A stretch of DNA of 63,166 bases, the filler included, from Licmophora abbreviata (Eukaryota): NCBI GenBank assembly GCA_900291995.1. It is 6 parts of 6 records of this genome, joined end to end, with 100 filler letters (N's around TTAATTAATTAA, not from the genome) between each part and the next. Parts side by side here need not be neighbours in the genome. Positions count along the whole stretch, not along the records: positions 41,206 to 50,760 come from OLMU01003357.1; positions 50,861 to 58,716 come from OLMU01003359.1; 4 more parts are not named here. The stretch is one strand, 5' to 3'. The translations under genes were made by a program, and so were the position numbers. The notes under the pieces were generated by a model that was given only the letters and a program-made list of their open reading frames with translations, was not told the DNA's origin and did no database searches. Every line of letters begins with the position of its first letter. Within the stretch, counting starts at the first letter, position 1. Of the stretch, positions 43,761 to 55,200 are shown piece by piece.

Positions 43761-46535
43761 ATGATAAACCCGTATGCCAAGAAGGCTGGAGCCAAGCGGC
43801 CGAGGCCAGCGGACAATGACGGCGTCGTCAATACCTCATGCGGTTCATCGACAGTTCCCGAATCGTCAAGCGCGAATCCAGCTGTTCCTGCAATAGATCC
43901 GATATGCTCAAGGCCGCAAGGAGGATTCACTGATGACTCGGGTGGAACTGCAGCACCGACATCGCTTCTGCCACAGCGCCCATCAGACGGCGACAGTGCT
44001 GGGATGACGACGAGCAAAGCATGTTTCGGTACGGTGAACCCATACTCGGGTCTTGCAATTGATTTGGACGTTTCCAGTACATCGCAACGGATACATGGGT
44101 CCCTTTCGACCGGTGGTGACTCAACGAAAACAACAGGCTTGGCGTCCGGCATGCATTGGAAGACGATGACAACGAGTGCTTCGGGCAACAGACCGCATGC
44201 TGAGGGGAGTCCCATCAAAAATCCGTACGTTCGAGCCATCACAGGCACAAAGACAGGAGGCGGTACAAGTCCAGTCAAGAATCTGTATGCAAAATCGGCG
44301 CTAGCTGGCAGTCCTGTACGTCGCAATCCGTATGCGGTGGCATCTGTCGCGAGCGCGTCCGTATTGGTCGAGACGAGTATTTCGTCAGTCGCTACCAATG
44401 CCGATACTGCCCGCGAAGTAGCCCTTCCACCATCATTGGACACAAGCTCTCGATTGAATCCATCATCTTCTATAGCAGCGCCGATGAACAGTACAAGTTC
44501 CGTATCACAGGCTCCAACGAAGGCCCCGCCTTCTTCGGTAGTGCAATCCAGTGGGCAAGGTTTGCCGCTGCCTCCGACGTGGCCCGTACGAAGTACATCG
44601 GCTCGCCACGAACCATCTGTGCCCATCACGATGACGGCTTCTAAAATGACTACGCAGACTACTTCCATACGACTCCCTCACTCTCGCTCTGCCCCCCTCC
44701 AGCCGCTTGACCCGAACTCGCTGCCCGCTCTCCTTCAATATTCCAAGGAAGCGGTGCAGCCGCCGAATGACGAATACCGAAAGATTCTCATCAAACATGC
44801 GCGACTTTCAGAACCGCTGCAGAATGGATGGACACTCTTTTCTCATCAAAAGAAGGCAATCCTCCAAGCGCTGCTGATGCGACGTATGATTCTGGCGCTG
44901 GACATGGGGTGAGATATTACGTTGCTGTTGCGTGGAGACCAAATTGCTCTTATTCTTATTCTAACGAAATGCGTTCTTTCCTGCTCAGCTTGGGCAAGAC
45001 TTTGATCGGTTGCGTTTGGGCAAGAGCGTTTCGGGATACCTTTGGCGGCTCCGAACTCAAAGTCTTTGTCGTTTGCCCGGTGTCGCTGACGCGGGAGTGG
45101 AAGCGCACGGCCGAAGAGGCGACGGGCTTACCAGTGGTTGACGAGAAGGAACCCGAGGAAACCATGGGGATGCAGATTTGTAGCTGGGGGAAAGTGCCCA
45201 CATCAGTTCCTTCTGGAGTGTCAAAATATATCGTCATCATGGATGAGGCTCACTCAATACAGTCCCTGGAGGCAGCCCGAACCAAGGCGGCACTGAGCCT
45301 TGTCTCTCCGAATCGGTAAGGAAACTCGGCATGGTCGAGAGTAGCCCCCAGCATGGACGCTCACATACACCTACATACCCTTTTTTTAGATGTGTTGGAG
45401 TGTTGATGCTGACAGGCACACCCATGAAAAATGGTAAACCTCTTAACCTCTTCCCTCTGCTAAAGGCCTCCGGCCATCCGTTCGGCGACCGACAGAAGGC
45501 GTACGAGTCGCATTTTTGCGCGGGACGAGAAAAGTCGTTCGGGCGCGGCAGAGTGGTTTGGGATGCTAACGGGGCAACAAATCTTTCGCAGCTGCGTGAG
45601 CATGTGTCGTCGCACTTGCTGTACATGACAAAGGAGCAGTGCCTAAAGGACCTCCCCGCCAAGACTCGGGTCACTCGTCAGGTTCCTGTCAGCAGCCGGC
45701 ACCAGCTACAGCACGATCAGGCTCTCAAAGATTTGGTAAGTTCCTCTGCCATTTAGTTTCATTGTAAGTCAATCGACATCTCAAACTGTTAATTTACCCC
45801 CGATCCACGTTTGACAGGCGAGGTTATACGCCACATCGGGAAGCATTGACAATGGCGGCGAGCTCATTCTTACGGCCGTGCAGAGGGTACGTCAGATTGG
45901 CTCGTTTGCCAAAATCGAGGCAACTGTCGGTCTCGCCAAAGGCGTGTTGGAGGAGCAACCCGCCGTGGTTATTTTTTCTAGCTTTGCTCAGGTGGCAAAG
46001 CAAGTTTACGGCTTGCTGTCAGAATCGGGCTGGGAAGGTGAGCTGCTCACCGGTGAAACGCCGCAAAAGAAACGGCAGGGAATGGTGGATAAATTTCAAG
46101 CGGGGCTCTCCCCTGTCTTTGTATGCACATTTGGAGCGGGCGGGGTTGGTTTGACCTTGACAGCCGCCCATACAATAATCTTGCTGGATCGTCCATGGAC
46201 GCCAGGAGACGCAGAACAAGCAGGTACGCAAACAAAGGCTGAATGCGTGACTGCGCTATAGTGTTTCTCTCTGCTGATAGTCGCATCGCTTTACGTTTGC
46301 AGAGGATCGAGTACGACGAATAGGTCAGACGAAGCCAGTAACGAGCATCTTCATGGTGGCGTTTGACTTGGACAAACAGATCGACTCTATCCTCGCCAAA
46401 AAGAAACAGACCACGTCTGCAGTCTTAACAGATGGTGAAGAACAGAAGGACAGTTTCGATGCACCCAAGATTTCTGTCTTTCAACTACTCAAGTCTTTGC
46501 TGAGCAATACGACAAAGCTTGGTTCTGGCTCATAG
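43761..46535 (+). CDS. SNF2-family helicase, SMARCAL1/ZRANB3-like; exons 43761-44908, 44989-45315, 45390-45735, 45818-46223, 46303-46535
   Basis: Splicing restores LDMGLGKT and QAEDRVRRIGQ; also DEAH, LTGTP, GVGLTLTAA, WTPG. Confidence 0.88.
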
Positions 46536-46582
46536 ATTCTGTATTTAAACGTGTACTCCGCCACTTTTTCATCAGGTGCTTA

Positions 46583-47311
46583 TTATTCTGTCTTTTTCCG
46601 TCGAGGGCTTCCTTTTAGACCAGCTGCATCGTCGCCGTCGAGTTGGATCGTCTCACCGGAGAACATTCCTCCAAAGAGGCCCTTATTCTCCTTCTTTGTC
46701 TCAGCCTTTGGCTGCTCGTCACTAGCAAACAACCCACCAATAGCTTTAAAGGCTGCACCCACGTCAATAGGCTTCTCCTCTTCCACCTCCACCTTCACTG
46801 GAGACTCGTAGTTCTCGTCCATCACCACGACTTCGTCCTCGTCCTCATCTTGGAGATCGGGATACATGTTATTGAGCATAATGGCCAGAGATCGAACTGA
46901 TCCTCGATACAGCTGCAGTTTTACTGTGCCAGAGGAGCTCTTTAAGAGTCCCATGACGCTTTCAAAGTCGTCTCCAACGACAGCTTGATCATTCACAGTC
47001 AGTAGCTGATCTCCAATTCGCATTCCGGCCAAGAGACCATTTCCGTCCTCTGCCAATTCGTCAATCACTAGGCCATTGTAGGGATCCCCATTTTCACCGA
47101 ATACGATACCCAGTGGCGTTTGAACACGTGCAGCATAGCCGACAGTTTTCAAGTCGTCGTAGCTATACTTGCTCATCGCAAGAGGAGGCGAGCAGGATTG
47201 TGTTCGATGCTGACGTGAGACGACTCGAACATTTCTTGGAGTCACGACAAAGGAAGCGCTACTGTCGACTGCATACAAGAATAGCAAAACTAGTAACGAG
47301 GGGATAGACAT
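46583..47311 (-). CDS. PDZ-domain protein with bipartite plastid presequence
   Basis: Signal peptide followed by ASF; PLGIVFGE...GMRIGDQLLTVN...FESVMGLL. Confidence 0.8.
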   Translation of the reverse strand: MSIPSLLVLLFLYAVDSSASFVVTPRNVRVVSRQHRTQSCSPPLAMSKYSYDDLKTVGYAARVQTPLGIVFGENGDPYNGLVIDELAEDGNGLLAGMRIGDQLLTVNDQAVVGDDFESVMGLLKSSSGTVKLQLYRGSVRSLAIMLNNMYPDLQDEDEDEVVVMDENYESPVKVEVEEEKPIDVGAAFKAIGGLFASDEQPKAETKKENKGLFGGMFSGETIQLDGDDAAGLKGSPRRKKTE

Positions 47312-47662
47312 TGTTAAGGGTGGATGGAGTCGAATGATGGAGCTATTAATTGCTGCATGAGCAGGTTTCTCATGGAGCACCTCTGATGTGGTCGTCGCGA
47401 ATTCGAGGCGCGCTTTTTTTCTTGAAGCGGATCCCAAAAGATACCGGAGCGCAAAGCTCGTAGTGGAAGAGGGTACGCGCTCTGAGCTTCTAAGAACCTT
47501 GATGGAGCTCGAGGCGTGCGCGACCACTCACACAAAAGCGGCCAAAAACCGAAAGCTGAGCGAGAAGCGCCGTGGTGCTACGATTGATGAGATTGAATAG
47601 CAACTGTAGCACTTCCTAGACGTATCGTCTCTTGTCTGTTGCTCAGACGAACAAGAGTCACT

Positions 47663-48823
47663 ATGGACAATAATAAACCAGCTTGGGAAGGCCTCGGCGG
47701 TCCCGTCGGCATCGACCGTCCGGACTACTCGCACATTGACCCTGCGCTGGACGACTGCTGCCGCCGCGAAGCCGAGTCGCATCGGCGAAGGTCCGTTTTG
47801 GAAACCACGTTGGCTCGTCACGATGTCACAGTACTCGCGGAGCGACGAAGGCGTCATCTGGTAGAGGGGCTGAGCTTTGGAACTGGATGTCGATGCTGTT
47901 ACGACCCCAACAGCGACGGTGGAGACTATCAAGCCTTGATAGAGATGCGAGTGAACCAAGGCAACGGGAACAAGAAAGAAGAAGACGAGCAAGAATTTGA
48001 TAGGCCTAGAGAAGAGCAGCAAGATCAAGAGAGTGATGATGATGACAGCACTGATGATGAGTTTGACTACCTCCTTGATGACGACTTGCCCGGAGACGAC
48101 GGCATCAAGGCCCTTGAGAAGCGACGCCGTGCGGAGCTGGAGCTTACTTTGCTGCATAACGAAATCGCTCTCTGGCATGGATATGGTGCTCATCGACAGA
48201 TGCATCCTAGCCGCGCGTTGCGTGCCGCTGGCTTGGGCGGTACCCCGTCACCAGCACCCGCGGTTGTGCTACACCTGTTCGACCCAGACTCGCTGGCTTC
48301 AGCGTCACTTGACTGGTACTTGGAACTGCTGGCCGAAGGGCCCTACCGTGGAACTAAGTTCATGCGAAGCGTCGGGAGGTCGACCTTATTGCTAGATGCA
48401 GAAATGGCTTCGAAAGTGTTACCGCGGCTTCGCCCTGATGCTGACATGCCAACCCTTGTGGCCATTCGCGATGGTGTTGTCGTGACGGTATGCCCCAACC
48501 TAAACGGCCTCCTGGAGGAAGGTCCAGAGGGTGAGATCCAAATTGTTGAAGAATCCGTGCGCCAGTGGATGGATAGAGCTGGGGTTTTGGTGGAGAATCC
48601 TCCACCCTTGGAGGAGGTATGTCGCGTAAGACCCGAGGAGGAAGCTCTGTACGATCACTTGGCGGCGGCCAAGCAAGTGGAGCCACCACGATATGACTGC
48701 GGCGTTCCAACGTGTCAAAAGACATTTGCCCATGAGCATGTCGGCGTTCAAAATCAACAACAGGATGGACTTATCGTCCAGGAGGAAGAAGTACTAGGCT
48801 TCGGAGACGCTTCGAAGGAGTAG
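47663..48823 (+). CDS. Phosducin-like / thioredoxin-fold protein with Cys-rich ends
   Basis: Acidic linker followed by AVVLHLFDPDS...LELLA...YRGTKFMR...MPTLVAIRDGVVV; C-terminal CGVPTC..H.H. Confidence 0.6.
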   Translation: MDNNKPAWEGLGGPVGIDRPDYSHIDPALDDCCRREAESHRRRSVLETTLARHDVTVLAERRRRHLVEGLSFGTGCRCCYDPNSDGGDYQALIEMRVNQGNGNKKEEDEQEFDRPREEQQDQESDDDDSTDDEFDYLLDDDLPGDDGIKALEKRRRAELELTLLHNEIALWHGYGAHRQMHPSRALRAAGLGGTPSPAPAVVLHLFDPDSLASASLDWYLELLAEGPYRGTKFMRSVGRSTLLLDAEMASKVLPRLRPDADMPTLVAIRDGVVVTVCPNLNGLLEEGPEGEIQIVEESVRQWMDRAGVLVENPPPLEEVCRVRPEEEALYDHLAAAKQVEPPRYDCGVPTCQKTFAHEHVGVQNQQQDGLIVQEEEVLGFGDASKE

Positions 48824-48979
48824 AAGAGACTTCTTCTTTTAAAATACAGTTGTGTTACCATATACATTGACGGCATGCTTCCTCGGAATATTGGTCTTTT
48901 GCCCTCGGTACTAGGCAGCAAGAAGCAATGTGCCATCGTAGCAAGGATGATGGCTGGTATTCCTGACAGCATGGTCGCT

Positions 48980-50341
48980 CTACCAATCGTCTCGGTTACG
49001 ACCACCACGCCGGCGGTGTTGACTAAGGCCCTTCATTTTCGTTTTGCCGCCTTTCCGGGCTCCGGCATTCCTCCGATTCTTGGGGCCTCCACTCCCGGTG
49101 TTAACGCTTTCATCTGGTACCGGTATGCCCCACAAGGAAGCTAGCTCACCGGCCATTTGCTTTGCTCTGGACCGTTCACCCTCAAAAATACCCATGCTCA
49201 CAACGGGAAGTCGCCAGATGGGTTGTGTCGCCCACGCCTCCGAATCTACAGTGACAACATACTCAGTACGCGGAGACTCATTGTCGACATCGTCGTCGTC
49301 GAAAATGTCGAAAGTGTTGTCTTCGTTATAATCCTCGCGTAATTCCATTCCCGCATTACCGGCAGCCACAAGAATATCTCTTTTCCATTTTAGTAGAAAC
49401 GCTTCCACATCTTTCGGGTCATCAAAGACACCGTTCAGACGTAGCGGTGACAGATCGACGATGACATTGTCCAGCGATCGGCCACCCGAGGCCTTGCAGA
49501 GGATAATCTGTGGTTTTTCCCGTGCGTCACACCACTGCCGATGAATGTTGGCCAATGGCGACCCCTTGCGCCCGCGACGGTATCCCGTCCCCAGCAGTGT
49601 CACGTGTCCCTTCCTAGTAGCCCGGTTCATTTCTTGTCGTTCCTCATCGTTTAGACGGTGCGGGACCGATCGACTGCCGTAACCACGCTTCTTGGAAGGT
49701 TGCCCACGAGACAGCCGCTCCACATCATCACGTGATATGCGCCTCAGATTATTCACTCTTCCGTCCCGTGTCTTTTTTGGTGCCCCAGAAACATACGCCA
49801 CCATCTTTTCCGGGATTCGCACTCGACTGTTCTTCGGTCCATCTTTGATCTCCTCCACCTTGATCTTGCGACCCCTCCACTCGTATCCATGATACCTCAG
49901 TAGTGCAGCCTCTTTCTCTGCTACAGACGGAAAGGTAACAAAACCATACTGCAGAGAGTTCATATTGGGCTTTCGGATGACGCAGGCGGGCACCGAGTGA
50001 AGCTTGCTCACGCGTTGAAAGAGGTCGGAGAGGTGATCGTCCGTGACGAACTCGCAAAGGTTCCCAACAAACAAGGTCGTTTCGACCATACTGTCAGGAA
50101 GAGGAATCATCTCGTAGCGCTCTCCCCCCACCATCATTTCCGCCAAGTCGGCATCTCGCACATTGCTGACATGCAAAAAGCGCAAATTGTTATTGTTCCT
50201 CGGAAAAGGTCGGATGCAGTGCGCACGCGGCGACAGAAATTGATTCCGAGATGGCGAAAAGGAGGCAATGCGGCGAAGCATCACGATCCCTACGGCCATC
50301 GACATCAACAAACGTCTTATCCGCAACATGGGGACGGGCAT
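48980..50341 (-). CDS. RRM-containing RNA-binding protein, probable plastid presequence
   Basis: RNP2 LFVGNL, RNP1 YGFVTF; signal-like segment followed by ASF; basic C-terminal region. Confidence 0.8.
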   Translation of the reverse strand: MPVPMLRIRRLLMSMAVGIVMLRRIASFSPSRNQFLSPRAHCIRPFPRNNNNLRFLHVSNVRDADLAEMMVGGERYEMIPLPDSMVETTLFVGNLCEFVTDDHLSDLFQRVSKLHSVPACVIRKPNMNSLQYGFVTFPSVAEKEAALLRYHGYEWRGRKIKVEEIKDGPKNSRVRIPEKMVAYVSGAPKKTRDGRVNNLRRISRDDVERLSRGQPSKKRGYGSRSVPHRLNDEERQEMNRATRKGHVTLLGTGYRRGRKGSPLANIHRQWCDAREKPQIILCKASGGRSLDNVIVDLSPLRLNGVFDDPKDVEAFLLKWKRDILVAAGNAGMELREDYNEDNTFDIFDDDDVDNESPRTEYVVTVDSEAWATQPIWRLPVVSMGIFEGERSRAKQMAGELASLWGIPVPDESVNTGSGGPKNRRNAGARKGGKTKMKGLSQHRRRGGRNRDDW

Positions 50342-50760
50342 TTGAGAGCTGAACTTGGCGGATGGCGCCGGTGAAGACCTTCTTTCTCACAACAACGTTG
50401 CGCGCCGAGAAAATGAGCTGGCAATGGGATTTTGTTTTGGAGCGATGTACTGGGTTGTACGTAGCTTCCACGAAGATTCTGATTTTGCACGTTGCAATAC
50501 GTACAATTCGTACTGCGAGAATCCGAATCTCATTCGGAACGTTGGCGCGCTGGACCCGAGTGGGAATCTTCAATAGGACGACGCGGTCAGTTTTCCAGCA
50601 ACAACGTAACACGCGCTAGACATAGATACTACCATTACCACAGGATAAGCGAAATCGATGATTGTGGTGCCGTAAAACTCTGAAATTTAGTAAATAGAAA
50701 GTGAGGCTACCGTTCGCGAATCATCAAAGGTAAAGATCCATCCGGATAGACGATCATTTT

Positions 50761-50860
50761 NNNNNNNNNNNNNNNNNNNNNNNNNNNNNNNNNNNNNNNN
50801 NNNNTTAATTAATTAANNNNNNNNNNNNNNNNNNNNNNNNNNNNNNNNNNNNNNNNNNNN
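50761..50860. other. Artificial contig spacer
   Basis: N44-TTAATTAATTAA-N44. Confidence 0.97.
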
Positions 50861-51914
50861 GTTTTCTGAAGCTCCCCTTCAAACTTCTTCCAGCACGTCG
50901 TCCAAATGATTCGTGCACCACAGCGACAATGGCTCATACTCCGCTTAACCAAACAAGCTCCTCCTCTTCTTCTCTATCATGGCAAGTACGCCGGCACGAG
51001 CATGAACGCAGAAAACTGAACACTTCATAGTCCCTGGTACCAACCGAAGCTTCTTGAGAGAAAAATGCTCAGACGTCCACGCTTTGCTGCGAGAGAATAC
51101 GAATAGTTATCAACTACTGCGTTTGCATCGAGACGGTCATCCTGGTCAGTGACCTTCTTGGCTACCACCGCAAGGTTCTACGTCAACTCAGCATTATTTC
51201 GAGAACGAACTCTGCCACCGAGTCGAGGGATAGTGCATAGAGTAGACAGCACAAAATGTCTTTACGTGGTTGCTTGATCTGCGTCTTTTCTTCATCGGAC
51301 AGCTGTCGAATTTGACGGCTCTTGAGCGAGCTAGTGAACGAGTAGTACTGTTTGACGTTGAACACAGCAGTCTGTATCAGTAGAGGCCACGCCTCTTTCA
51401 CATTGGAATGTAGCAGCAGCAACAAACGATGTTCGTCAGAACACGACTTTCCTTCTCGCAGAAAGGCTCGCTTAGTCCCCTTGGAATACGAAACATCATT
51501 CGACGAGAAGGAGCCGAAGAGGAACTGGGCAAAGCTGAAGCGAAATGGATTATCCTGAGGCCCACTCTGAAGCTCCTTTTGAAGATCTTTGAACGTGGTC
51601 TCGTGCAGGTGGTAATTCTTGAATGCCTTTTTGTATACCGCATTGAAAACCTTGACTTTGGGGAGAGCCAAGTCCACCCGGCTCACCATGACTTACTCCT
51701 CGCCCTCAAGAATATCCACCAGTAGCGTTTCCATAGCGTCCACCTTATCAACTCCCACACACCAAATTTTGTGCTTCGGAAGGAGGTTGTTGTTGGGCGC
51801 CAGAGATGGCCGTGTGCCCCTCCATGACGAGCGAAAACAGGCGTCCGAACAATAGGTTGCCTGTTTGCATCGACTGCGCTGGATAACTCTATTTGTTACT
51901 GGACTGATCCGCAA
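50861..51914 (-). pseudogene. Fragmented protein-like region (pseudogene or unmodelled gene)
   Basis: Consecutive minus-strand ORFs 51693-51914 and 51183-51689 read like protein but are broken by stops or frame changes; no family recognised. Confidence 0.3.
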
Positions 51915-52298
51915 CAGATACAGATGCTATCATAGCACATGAGGCGCTTGCGATGAACCGCGGGGGGCTCATTGGAAAGCGGTACACGTGCGTCCGCCAT
52001 GTTGGATACCGTGACAGTTCCGAAAACGTGAGTGTGTGTGTGTGTATCATGGTTAATAGAAGTGTGTGTGTGTGCTCGTCGAAAAAATCATCCGTAATTT
52101 TTGGCGGGAAAGGAAGCACGTAAACTTTGTATGGGAGTCTACAGAATACGCGACCCCTTCGACCCCTTGTTATCCTCGAGATTTCGAGACTTCGTCGACG
52201 GCGTCGACACATCGACGCATAAGATTGTGCAATAGGTCTTGCTGTTCTGTTCGTTGGGGTGCTTCAATCTTTGTGGATTCAGCAGGGTTTCTCATACA

Positions 52299-55200
52299 AT
52301 GGACCAGAGTCAGCAGCAGACAGTTCTCAGATCCATCGCTATATCATCGACACTGACGCCAGTATCTCCGCAGGATCGTCAGGTGGCCTTTCAAGTACTC
52401 GAAGAGTTCAAGCAGTACGAGGGACGCATTGCAGTGTGCATCGGCTGGCTTCATCAAGAACGCCACGATGTGCCACTAGGAAATGCTACCGACGATGCGA
52501 CTGTCGCCGTCAAACTGTATGCTGCCACGACATTGGAATCTTTCTTACAACGGGGCTATGCAGGCCTGCAAGAAAACGATCGATTGGCCCTCCGTCACGC
52601 GGTCGTGACAGCAGCACGCCAGCTTGCGCCTCTGCCGATTCTGGATCAACATCGGATCTTGGCGAATAAACTGGCCGTGTTATTAGCTGGGTTAGTAGTG
52701 AGAGACTTCCCGCAGCGATGGACCACCTTTGTACAAGACATATTTGTCCCGATGTCCAGAGGAGGCCTGTGGTTTGACGAGGAGTCAGAAAACAAACATA
52801 TCATGGGCGTCATGCTTTGTCTGGAGTGCCTTCGAGTGGTCACAGAAGATTGTACCGATAGCGATTTCAACGCAAAGGTAAGAGGAGAATAGGGGTGCAA
52901 GATTCCGACCAACCATGCGTGCTCATGGTGCTATCGACCGCGGGACCTTTTTTCCCCAACAGATTTCCACGGCTCGCCGCAATGATGTCTTGATTGGTCT
53001 GAATGAGGTTTCGTCTCAGTTTCTACCGCTTTTATTTGGCGTGCTGGAACAGTATTCTGTTTTGGTGCAGTCGAAGTCCACACTGCAAAACATGAAAACC
53101 TATCTGCAATCGAACGGGAGAAGTCTTGGGCAAATGTCAACAGACGAGAGCACTATGTATCAGAGAGAATTGCAGCGTAAGGCGCAGTCTGCACGCATGA
53201 TTTCAGACTGTCTGTCTACATTGGAACGATTCTGCGGGTCTATGCCCTTGGATTGGATGCTGGGAGCACAACATGACTTTGCCGCGGGCTTTTTGCATTT
53301 TCTGAGAGAACCAACAGACTCCATTCAAGTGCAGGCTGTGACGTGTCTGGAACGACTGGCCACTCGCAAGTTGGACTCTACCGCATGGATGCGATTCATC
53401 TCGCAGCTTCCACCTGCAATGAGTGAAGCCAATCAGATCATCCAAGCAGAACTGCGACAAGACGGAGACCCGTTGACAACGGAACTCGGATTCCATCGGG
53501 CACTTTCGCGAACCATGTCGTTGTTGGTATCGGCACAGATTTCACACATAACGACTGACAAAAAGATTGTGAGTAAACGGTGATCATCGAGGCGATGCAT
53601 AGGCTCCGTAACCATATGTCTCAGTTTCATCTCGTTCCCTACCTGCAGTTAAGTGGGCAAGGGGACAAGTATCAGGATCTATCTACCTTTCTTCGTCTCA
53701 TGGTAGACATGATTCATCATCCTTCTGGGAGGGTATGCGGCGAGCAAACCAATACATGGATTGCAATCATGAGAGATCCTCAACTGTCGAAGATGAGCAT
53801 TCTTTCCCCGTTTGCGGGCGAGCTGATCAACTCGTATATGGATCACCTTGTCCGAATACGATGGGACGATGTTGAAGAAGGGGCCCATCCGAACGCTAGT
53901 ATACTTGAAGCTAGTTGGGACGACGAGGTAGGCTGCTTGACCAGATCGTTGATGAGTGTTACATGCTTTGTCTCACCTTTACGTTCTTGTCGCTCCAGGA
54001 TGAGTATGATCAATGGTTTGCGGATTTTCGCTCGAAGGCTAGCCAGATGTTTCGACTTCTCGGGATTGTGGAACCGCAGATTGCGTCGTCGGCTGTATGT
54101 GCTCGAGTTCAGGCTCTGTTGGCTCGACATGGAAATGGGTACCCCAGTGACCATCTCGACCCTGTCTCAAATCAACTCTCATCGAACAGCGACGCTTGTC
54201 TTCAATTTGAAGGGTTATTTCATCCGCTCGATAACATGCTCCACGGGATACCATCGTGGACTCTAGAAGAGGAGCAGAGAAAGAAGCAGAGGAAGGGTGG
54301 ACGACGACAGGAAGCAAGTATATCGTGGTATTTGACTGCTCTTATCAGTCTGAATGTGTCTTCTCACAAGTGCCATTGTTTACCTCGCGTCCCCTCAGAT
54401 ACAAACAGGCGTTCAAACTGCGCTATCTCAGTTGACATCCGCCGTCGTAGCATGGGAACCAATCTTCGTTTGGCTCAAGTTTCGAAAAGCCACACTGCTT
54501 GAGGCGCTCAGATACTACTGGAAATACGACCCGTCAACCCTTCCACAGGCCGTTCAGTGCTTGCTTACGTACTTGAGTTGCCCAGAAGAGTGGCTGCCGC
54601 TTGAAAGGCGAACTCGCGGGGAGCTCAGCGGGGAGATCGTCAGCCTTCGGAAGAAAAGTGGCGTATCTCTAGTGTCAATCGCAAAGCATGTTCCCCACCA
54701 TCTCGTTCCCTGGCTCTCGGAGCTAAGTGAGGCTGCCAAGAGACTTTTGACTTCTGGCGATCTTCTCCCTCCCAATCAGATGCATCTTTACGAGTTCCTG
54801 TCGTGTGTGGCTGCTGCCGTTGACAATCCAGTCTCGCGTTCTTCTTTCATAGCGGATGTTCTCTCCAATGCGATTGGTGATCTACAGTCCCCCGAGGTCC
54901 AGCAAAGCATTTCATCCGTCGAAGGCTTCTTGCAGTGTTTGGGTGTCGGCCAAGCTGCCACAAATCCGTCGAGCGTCACAGACCCAAACACCGTCAAGAA
55001 TGTCACCAGTCGCTACGTCAGCATATTTTCTTCAGTAAATCAGTTGCTCTCAGTTGGAAAGCGATGTAATGAAGCCGCAAGGAAACGGCACCGAGGAATT
55101 GTGCAAGTGTCAGTATCTCGAGTTGGCACCAGCTCCTCGAATTTCCCCGATGAGGGCCCAGTCAGTATTCAAGATTTGGCAATGAACGACCCTTTCATCC

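Noticed and set aside
43745..44668. 307-aa minus-strand ORF and other long antisense ORFs (e.g. 10961-11608, 31541-32350, 47528-48205)
   Set aside because: Shadow ORFs opposite well-supported genes; no independent motifs
52028..52074. (GT)n tracts, plus (CAA)n at about 33562 and (TCA)n at about 23672
   Set aside because: Ordinary short microsatellites and poly-Gln/poly-Ser tracts
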